Shown here in pieces: positions 55,473-64,000 of a DNA stretch of 64,000 nt (positions are counted from its first letter, which is position 1; every line of letters starts with the position of its first letter). Under the pieces are notes generated by a model. It worked only from the letters and a program-made list of their open reading frames with translations, made no database searches and was not told the DNA's origin. The DNA lies in contig OX597840.1 in assembly GCA_951406725.2 (NCBI GenBank), positions 10,044,001-10,108,000 of the forward strand, in the 5' to 3' direction. The DNA is from Octopus vulgaris. Taxonomy: Eukaryota. The translations under genes and the position numbers were made by a program.

Positions 55473-55626
55473 TATTCTACAATTATATACATAATTATAA
55501 TCAGGGGTCAGTTAAGTGCCTCACCACGTATCAAATTAGAAATAGACGCTACGTGTGTGTATGTGCATGTGTGTGTATGTGTGTGTATGATGCCAGAACA
55601 TATGTAGAATGATGTAAAACTATACC

Positions 55627-55664
<38 letters not shown>

Positions 55665-55689
55665 GTATATATACTCATATATATATGTA

Positions 55690-55777
<88 letters not shown>

Positions 55778-55898
55778 TGAGAAAGTTGGTTTGTGAAAGC
55801 ACGTGGTTGAATATATAGAAAATAGTAAAAAGTGAAAAAATATATATTTTTTAACCTTTTAAAACAAGCCTTCTGTAGTTTTTTCACTTTTTACTATT

Positions 55899-55952
<54 letters not shown>

Positions 55953-57562
55953 CAATAGGGTAATAAGAAATTATTTTTACCAGTGGCCTAGCACAAATTC
56001 CAGGGGGTGTCTTACTAATTTAGCCACGATCTGTGGTTTGAGTTTTCTTCTGCTCTTTCTAGCACAGGGCTTTCCTATTTGGAAACCCTTGTTGAATATT
56101 AACTTACTCTATGCCTGGGAGACTGGGAAGTGTACCGAGAGGGCGGATACATACATACATACATACATACACACACATATATATATATTTATATATTTAT
56201 ATATTTATATATATATATATATATATATACGAAGTCATGACCAGTGTTAGAGTTTGTTGCAGAGCAGCGCCGATTCCGCCTGGGTTATTATATTGTTCGT
56301 CTAGTTTCTATGAACATACTTTAATTTCCATTTTTCTCGGAATGGGGGTGCGGATATTCATAGCCATTCGATGTTTTAAAAGCGTGTCTTGTATCTTTAT
56401 AATGAAATATTGTTAGGGATTGCACTAAAAAATTTTGGTTGAAATTCTTTGTGTGTAGTAGGAAATATAATCGGTTTATTGCACATAAATTTTGACAACA
56501 AAATCTTATATGGATCCTCAAGGGAACACATGGATTTACTTGAAGTTCGAAACACTCGGATTAACAATCAATGGATTCACCAGTTTTCTTTTTTCGAAAA
56601 CAACCATGACCTGTGTATAACTTGTCGGTAGGTCTCCCAGGCATAGAGTAAGTTAATATTCACGAAGTAATAATATGCACTTGGTACCACATCTGAAGCC
56701 AACGCACTTTCCCAACAGATCGTGGCTAAATTAGTAAGACACCCCTGTATTACTGTCAGCCAGATCTACACACCAGTGATAATATGCTGATGAGTAACGT
56801 ATGTATACCATAAAAATCTCCGATACAAAAACACACTATTTGATCGAAAACATTATAAAATGACCTGAAAAAGTGGTAGGAACGATGATACAAACAAGAT
56901 TTGGGGAATAATGAGGTCATGACCAGTGTTAGAGTTTGTTGCAGAGCAGCTGGCTGTCCGATGCGTTCAGGACTTAAACAATATCTGTCTCTCTTGTTGC
57001 AGGGTTTAAATAAATAAATTTCCTATTCATGAAGGGAAAAAGGTAGGGTCTTTGGGGTATCGAATAGAATGCTTTGTGGTATTAACTTGAAATAAATATT
57101 GTTAGGGATTGCACTAAAAAATTTTGGTTGAAATTCTTTGTGTGTAGTAGGAAATATAATCGGTTTATTGCATCATAAATTTTGACAACAAAATCTTATA
57201 TGGATCCTCAAGGGAACACATGGATTTTGGCTGAGAAACACTCGAAAACAACCATGACCTGTGTATAACTTGTCGGTAGGTGTAAAAGGAGGGCAGATCG
57301 AAGACATTGTAAATGACCTGGAAAAAGTTAACATGCAATGGTTAAGTGAGAGTAGCAATCGACCGACCCTGTAGGGTCTTTGGGGTATCAGATAGAATGC
57401 TTTGTGGTATTAATCCGACGCTTTATATTGCAAGTTCAAATCCCGTCAAGGTCAACTTCGTCTTTCATCACTCAGAGTCTGATAAAAAAAATGTACCAGT
57501 CCAGGGCAGTGGATTTGTAGAAGTGGATAAGGATATATACCTGGTGGTATTTCTTTCCAACC

Positions 57563-58708
57563 GGCGAGCTGGCAGAAACGTTAGCACGAAATGCGTAGCC
57601 GTATTTCGTCTGCCGTTACGTTCTGAGTTCAAATTCCGCCGAGGTCGACTTTGCCTTTCATCATTCCGGGCTCGATAAATTAAGTACCAGTTACGCATTG
57701 GGGTCGATGTAATCGACTTAATCCGTTTGTCCGTCCTTGTTTGTCACTTCTGTGTTTAGCCCCTTGTGGGTAGTAAAGAAATAGGTATTTCGTCTGCCGT
57801 TACGTTCTGAGTTCAAATTCCGCCGAGGTCGACTTTGCCTTTCATCCTTCCGGGGTCAATTAAATAAGTACCAGTTACGCACTGGGGTCGATATAATCGA
57901 CTTAATCCGTTTGTCCGTCCTTGTTTGTCACTTCTGTGTTTAGCCCCTTGTGGGTAGTAAAGAAATAGGTATTTCGTCTGCCGCTTACGTTCTGAATTCA
58001 AATTCCGCCGAGGTCGACTTTGCCTTTCATCCTTTCGGGGTCGATAAATTAAGTACCAGTTACGCACTGGGGTCGATATAATCGACTTAATCCGTTTGTC
58101 TGTCCTTGTTTGTCCACTCTGTGTTTAGCCCTTGTGGGTAGTAAAGAAATAGGTATTTCGTCTGCCGTTACGTTTTGAGTTCAAATTCCGCCGAGGTCAA
58201 CTTTGCCTTTCATCCTTCCGGGGTCGATAAATTAAGTACCAGTTACGCACTGGGGTCGATATAATCGACTTAATCCGTTTGTCTGTCCTTGTTTGTCCAC
58301 TCTGTATTTAGCCCTTGTGGGTAGTAAAGAAATAGGTATTTCGTCTGCCGCTACGTTCTGAGTTAAAATTCCGCCGAGGTCAACTTTGCCTTTCATCCTT
58401 CCGGGGTCGATAAATTAAGTACCAGTTACGCACTGGAGTCGATATAATCGACTTAATCCGTTTGTCTGTCCTTGTTTGTCCACTCTGTATTTAGCCCCTT
58501 GTGGGTAGTAAAGAAATAGGTATTTCGTCTGTCTTTTTACGTTCTGGGTTCAAATTCCGCCGAGGTCGACTTTGCCTTTCATCCTCTCGGGGTCGATAAA
58601 TTAAGTACCAGTTACGTACTGGGGTCGATATAATCGACTTAATCCGTTTGTCTGTCCTTGTTTGTCCTCTCTGTGTTTAGCCCCTTGTGGGTAGTAAAGA
58701 AATAGGTA
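57563..58708 (+). mobile_element. SINE family C: one head plus 6 tandem ~184-bp units
   Basis: Flanked by the direct repeat GGTATTTCTTTCCAACCG at 57546-57563 and 58705-58722. Confidence 0.92.
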
Positions 58709-58930
58709 TTTCTTTCCAACCGCAACGCCTGCGATTATATGGATGCTGAGTTATTGACTCAAAGAAGTGGTCTTTCTTTTCTGGATAAACATCGGGTATA
58801 AAAGTGTCTCCTTTCTAGTGTTTTGTCTGTTCCAGTTAGTTCTGCCATGTGTGCGTACGCATACACGCATGCGCATGCACACACGTATGCACTCACAAAC
58901 ACACATGTATGTACACACACATATATACTT

Positions 58931-58971
<41 letters not shown>

Positions 58972-59094
58972 TACAATAACACCCAGCCATCCACAGACTC
59001 TTATTTCTCCACCAACTTAGACTACAATCTGGATTATCGAGTTTCCATCATTTCGGATTATGCTAAATCTATTTTTACTATTAATATACTACAC

Positions 59095-60028
59095 CAGCAG
59101 CAGTGGCGGCGGTATGGTGGCGGCAGCAGCAGCGATGACGGCAACGGTGGCGGTAGCAGCAGCGGTGGCGGTAGCGGTGGCGGCAGTGGTGGCGGCAGCA
59201 GCAGCGGTGGCGGTAGCGGTGGCGGCAGCGGTGGCGGCAGCAGCAGCGGTGGCGGTAGCAGCAGCGGCGACGGAAGCAGCGGTGGCGGCAGCAGCAGCGG
59301 TGGCGGTAGCAGCAGCGGTGACGGAAGCAGCGGCGGCGGCAGCAGCAGCGGTGGCGGCAGCAGCAGCGGTGGCGGCAGCAACAGTAGCCGTAGTAATAGT
59401 AATACTGGTGGTGTAGCTAGCGGTGGCAGTAACGGTTGTAGTAGTAGTGGTGATGGTGGCGATGGTGGTGGTGGTTGTAGTAATAGTAGTGGTAGTAATA
59501 GGCGTAATAATACTAGAAGTGGTTGTGGTGGTGGTAATAGTATTCTTGGTGGTGGGGGGTTGTAGTAATAGTAGTGGCAGTAGTGGGGGTGGTAGTAGTG
59601 GGTGTAATAATAGTAGAAGTGGTTGTGGTGGTGGTGGTGGTGGTTGTAGTAATAGCAGTGGTAGTGGTGGGGGTAGTAATAGGATTTATAGTAGAAGTGG
59701 TTGTGGTGGTGGTGGTAGTTGTAGTAATAGTAGTGGCAGTAGTGGGGGTGGTAGTAGTAGGAGTAATAATAGTAGAAGTGGTTGTGGTGGTGGTAATAGT
59801 ATTCGTAGTGGTAGTGGTGGTGGTTGTAGTAATAATAGTGGGGGTGGAGTGGTAGTAGTAGGAGTAATAATAGTAGGAGTAGTTGTTGTGGTGGCAGTAG
59901 TATTCGTGGTGGTGGTGGGGTTGTAGTAATAGTAGTGGGGGTGGAGTGGTAGTTGTAGGTGTAATAATAGTATTCGTGGTAGTGGTGGTGGTAGTTGTAG
60001 TAGTAATATGGATGGTGGTGGTGGTGTG

Positions 60029-60069
<41 letters not shown>

Positions 60070-60325
60070 GGTTGTGGTTGTGGTAGTAGTATCCGTAGTA
60101 TTGGTGGTGGTTGTAGTAGTAATATGGATGGTGGTGGTGTTGGTAGTAGTAATAGTAGTAGCAGTAGTAGTCGTAGTAGTAGTAATAGTAGTAGTAGTAG
60201 TAGTAGTGGTGGTGATGGTGGTTGTGGTGGAGGTAGTAGTATCCGTGGTATTGGTGGTGGTTGTAGTAGTAATATGGATGGTGCTGGTGCTGGTAGTAGT
60301 GGTAGTAGTAGTAGCAGTAGTAGTC

Positions 60326-60375
<50 letters not shown>

Positions 60376-60459
60376 GGTGGTGGTGGTGTGTGGTTGTGGT
60401 GGTATCCGTATCCGTGGTATTGGTGGTGGTTGTAGTAGTAATATGGATGGGTAGTGTTG

Positions 60460-60505
<46 letters not shown>

Positions 60506-60508
60506 CAG
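59095..60508. repeat. (GGC/AGC) then (GGT/AGT) trinucleotide complex with higher-order repeats
   Basis: Directly visible; recurring AATAGTAGAAGTGGTTGTGG and ATCCGTRGTATTGG blocks. Confidence 0.9.
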
Positions 60509-60917
60509 TTTCCTGTTGCTACAAGAAACTAGTGTTATTGATGCAGCACGTGACATCCCAAAATAGTATGACGAGACAAAAATGGTGTCCTATGACAAGT
60601 TCCACTCGTTGACCTCCCCCCCTCCACCCGTGCCATTCCTCTAGGATTTCCTGTTCTTTTCTTTTTGTTTTTGTTTTTTCTCCAATAGCTTCGACAGCAG
60701 AAAAGAATGACTTTACATCTTTCGCAACTCTTTTATAATCTGACTACTGTTAGTTTTGCAACGATTTTCTTTTTTATAGTATACGATATCAGTTTGCCCT
60801 GGAAATATTAACCTGAAAGTAAGAAATTATTCTCTATTTCTCTCTCTTCTGCCTTTTCCCTCTCTCTCTTCTCTTCTCGTCTCGTCTCTATTGCTGAAGA
60901 ATTTACGATCCACGACG

Positions 60918-61750
60918 AAAAAATATCAGGAATGTCTTTTAAACTATAAACTATTTTCTTTGTCTAAGTAATGTCCAACTTCGTAAAAGGTTGAATTTAG
61001 CTTAATGTATTTGTCTCAAATTATACCATGCTGACGATTTGTAATAAGGACGAAATAACGCTATACATGACTACCAATGACTAGAAAAATATCAGGAATG
61101 TCTTTTAAACTATAAACTATTTTCTTTCTCTAATAAATGTCCAAGTTCGTAAAAGGTTGAATTTAGCTTAATGTATTTGTCTCAAATTATACCATGCTGA
61201 CGATTTGTAATAAGGACGAAGTAACGCTATACATGTCTACCAATGATTAGAAAAATATCAGGAATGTCTTTTAAACTATAAACTATTTTCTTTCTCTAAG
61301 TAATGTCCGACTTCGTAAAAGGTTGAATTTAGCTTAATGTATTTGTCTCAAATTATACCATGCTGACGATTTGTAATAAGGACGAAATAACGCTATACAT
61401 GACTACCAATGACTAGAGAAATATCAGGAATGTCTGTTAAACTATAAACTATTTTCTTTCTCTAAGTAATGTCCGACTTCGTAAAAGGTTGAATTTAGCT
61501 TAATGTATTTGTCTCAATTTATACCATGCTGACGATTTGAAATAAGGACGAAAAAACGCTATACATGACTACCAATGACTAGAAAAATATCAGGAATGTC
61601 TTTTAAACTATAAACTATTTTCTTTCCCTAAGTAATGTCCAACTTCGTAAAAGGTTGAATTTAGCTTAATGTATTTGTCTCACATTATACCATGCTGACG
61701 ATTTGTAATAAGGACGAAATAACGCTATACATGGCTACCAATGACTAGAA
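60918..61750 (+). repeat. 166-bp tandem array x 5, each unit with a type I hammerhead-like motif (retrozyme-like)
   Basis: CTGACGA at 61031, 61197, 61363, 61529 and 61695 (period 166); catg CTGACGA tttgtaataaggac GAA ATAacgcTAT A catg. Confidence 0.85.
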
Positions 61751-62011
61751 ACATTAAGATCTTTATAAAGTGTATAAAAAACGAGAAATTATAAAAAGTT
61801 CAAGCTCTGTATGTCTTCTTTTATATAAATTGCATGCTTTCAAATTTGCCTCAACTTAGTCTAGAAGATATTGTCTTCCCTAAAATAGTTAACCATCAAA
61901 GAGCACGCCATTTGTTAAGATATATGTATTATTTTCATTATAAAAATTAAAATGGCGGTGAGCTAGTAGAATCGTTAGACTGACGGACAAAATAATTTGT
62001 CTGGTGTTTTG

Positions 62012-62350
62012 CTTTACTCTTTTTTACTCTTTTACTTGTTTCAGTCATTTCACCGTGGCCATGCTGGAGCACCAACTCTTAGTCGAGCAAATCGACCCGA
62101 GGACTTATTCTTTGTAAGCCTAGTACTTATTCTATCGGACACTTTTGCCGAACCGCTAAGTTACGGTGACGTAAACACACCAGCATCGGTTGTCAAGCGA
62201 TGTTGTGAGGACAAACACAGACACACAAACATATACACATACACACACACACATATATATACATATATACGACGGGCTTCTTTCAGTTTCCGTCTACCAA
62301 ATCCACTCACAAAGGTTAGGCCCGAGGCTATAGTAGGAGACACTTGCCCC
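62012..62350 (-). mobile_element. SINE family A, head truncated
   Basis: Tail and core present; stops at GACACTTGCCC. Confidence 0.85.
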
Positions 62351-62484
62351 TATAGACATACACACACACACACGCGCGCGCGCGCGCACACACACACACA
62401 TACACACATGTATCGTTTATAGAAATAGATAAACCCAGAGAAGTACACACTAGGATGTAGCGCAGTTAACATTATAAACACACA

Positions 62485-62555
62485 CATTCCCCGGTCTGAG
62501 ATTCGAACCCGCGATCTCTCGACCGCGAGTCCGCTGCTCTAACCACTAGGCCATG
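62485..62555 (-). mobile_element. SINE family B head fragment
   Basis: Minus strand TGGCCTAGTGGTTAGAGCAGCGGACTCGCGG...GGTTCGAATC (A and B boxes); no acceptor stem or CCA. Confidence 0.7.
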
Positions 62556-63142
62556 TTGTTTCAATCCATTTTTCCCCACCCCTTAAAACTGTTAGACTTG
62601 CGCCTAAACCAGAACCCATTCTCAGAATCCAAACGAAAACACCATAGTCACGACACTGCGTTTTTCTTCCCAATAATTCATCTTAACGGCCTCACAGGCG
62701 TTGTTAAGCGATTAAAATATTTGACAAACTAAGGAATAATAATGTTGTGAGTTTGTAATTAATTAGTCAGCTAATTAAATTTATACAAAATTTTTAAAAT
62801 TACATTTTGTGTTTTATTTTAGTATGACATGTTTCTTGATTGTTTTTTTTTTTGTTTTTGTTTTTTCTTTTGCCGTGTTGTTTGTAAACACTAGTTAGTC
62901 ATAACAAGAACCGAAGGAAATCAATACCGATTTCCATAATTAGTTATAAAGCACTCCAAGACACTGGCAGCACAACTTTGTCTCAGCTTCCGATGCCAAA
63001 TATACAGCAGACAGCGGGTTAAAGAATTAATTATACAAAAACAGATCACTATAGTTACAACATGTACGATTCGAGGGGGGAATCAGAATGGTTTTATGAT
63101 GGGCAACAATGTACATAGCCAAGCAACTATTCTACAAATACG

Positions 63143-63548
63143 AAGGAGTGGCAGTGTGGTAAGTAGCTTGCTAACCAACCACATGGTTCCGGGTTCAGCC
63201 CCACTGCGTGGCATCTTGGGCAAGTGTCTTCTGCTATAGCCCCGGGCCGACCAATACCTTGTGAGTGGATTTGGTAGACGGAAACTGAAAGAAGCCTGTC
63301 GTATATATGTATATATATATGTGTATATGTGTGTATATGTTTGTGTGCTGGGTTTGTCCCCCCAACATCGCTTGACAACCGATGGTGGTGTGTTTGCGTC
63401 CCCACAACTTGGCGGTTCGGCAAAAGTGACCGATAGAATAAGTACTGGGCTTCCAAAGAATAAGTCCTAGTGTTGATTTGCTCGACTAAAGGCGGTGCTC
63501 CAGCATGGCCACAGTCAAATGACTGAAACAAATAAAAGAGTAAAAGAG
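63143..63548 (+). mobile_element. SINE family A
   Basis: Full copy. Confidence 0.9.
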
Positions 63549-63579
<31 letters not shown>

Positions 63580-63640
63580 CGCATAAATGTGAAACAAGGT
63601 GGAAAAAAGAGTACTCAAATACCAGTGTTAGAGTAATATG

Positions 63641-63787
63641 CTTTATTTAAAGCAGCAGAAAATTCAACAAAAACTGTTACTCGGAGTTTCACGTTCCCGT
63701 TCGTCGGACAGTTTTGTTAACCGACGAACGGGAACGTGAAACTCCGAGTAACAGGTTTTGTTGAATCTCTGCCGCTTTTAAATAAAG
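63641..63787. repeat. Inverted duplication, ~67-bp arms, 13-bp spacer
   Basis: CTTTATTTAAAGCAGCAGA...CCCGTTCGTCGG / CCGACGAACGGG...TTTTAAATAAAG. Confidence 0.9.
63670..63715 (-). ncRNA. Type I hammerhead, CCGACGA variant, long helix I
   Basis: aaaactgt CCGACGA acg-ggaa-cgt GAA ACTC-C-GAGT A acagtttt: 8-bp helix I, 3-bp helix II, near-palindromic helix III. Confidence 0.7.
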
Positions 63788-64000
63788 TATATATATATAT
63801 ATTTTTTTTTTTTGTGTGTGTGTGTGTGTGTGAGTATGTATGTATGTATAGTCTTCTGTTTACATCCTTCCAAAGGAAAAAAAATGTTAATCGTAGTTGT
63901 ATACGATCATAATAACACAGATGTGTCGCACTGTACAGTTAAAAGTGATACCATTCTTAGCATATATTCAAATGCTTAAAATTACATATGTACCGGGGGC

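Noticed and set aside
59058-59926. Gly/Ser-rich ORF as a structural protein exon
   Set aside because: Trinucleotide repeat open in multiple frames, interrupted by stops, with no signal peptide or clear splice context
62485-62555. tRNA gene (also considered for all SINE heads)
   Set aside because: A and B boxes are present but there is no complete cloverleaf; the sequence matches SINE family B

Overview
This is eukaryotic, AT-rich and extremely microsatellite-rich DNA. I found no recognisable host protein-coding gene, rRNA, true tRNA or CRISPR array, so the window reads as intergenic or deep intronic. The SINE repertoire and (TA)n/(CA)n/(TAGA)n load resemble an octopod cephalopod genome (inference, no search run). 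Most ORFs in the track are translations of simple repeats. Main contents: (1) a young Penelope-like retroelement (RT, Cys-rich linker, GIY-YIG; Neptune-like) forming a ~4.4 kb head-to-head palindrome at 3.58-8.01 kb; (2) about 30 copies of three tRNA-derived SINE families, one of which forms head-less tandem multimers; (3) decayed mariner, RTE, CR1-like, hAT/pogo/Tc1 MITE and Helitron-like pieces; (4) several minisatellites; (5) a scrambled, probably mis-assembled segment at ~52.7-57.4 kb. The most interesting signal, read by eye, is a set of type I hammerhead ribozyme motifs. One sits in each unit of a 5 x 166-bp tandem array (60.9-61.75 kb, non-LTR retrozyme-like, but with a defective helix II). 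At least eight more minimal or variant hammerheads lie in short elements embedded in microsatellites, two of them at the turning point of inverted duplications. All coordinates were read manually and may be off by a few bases.
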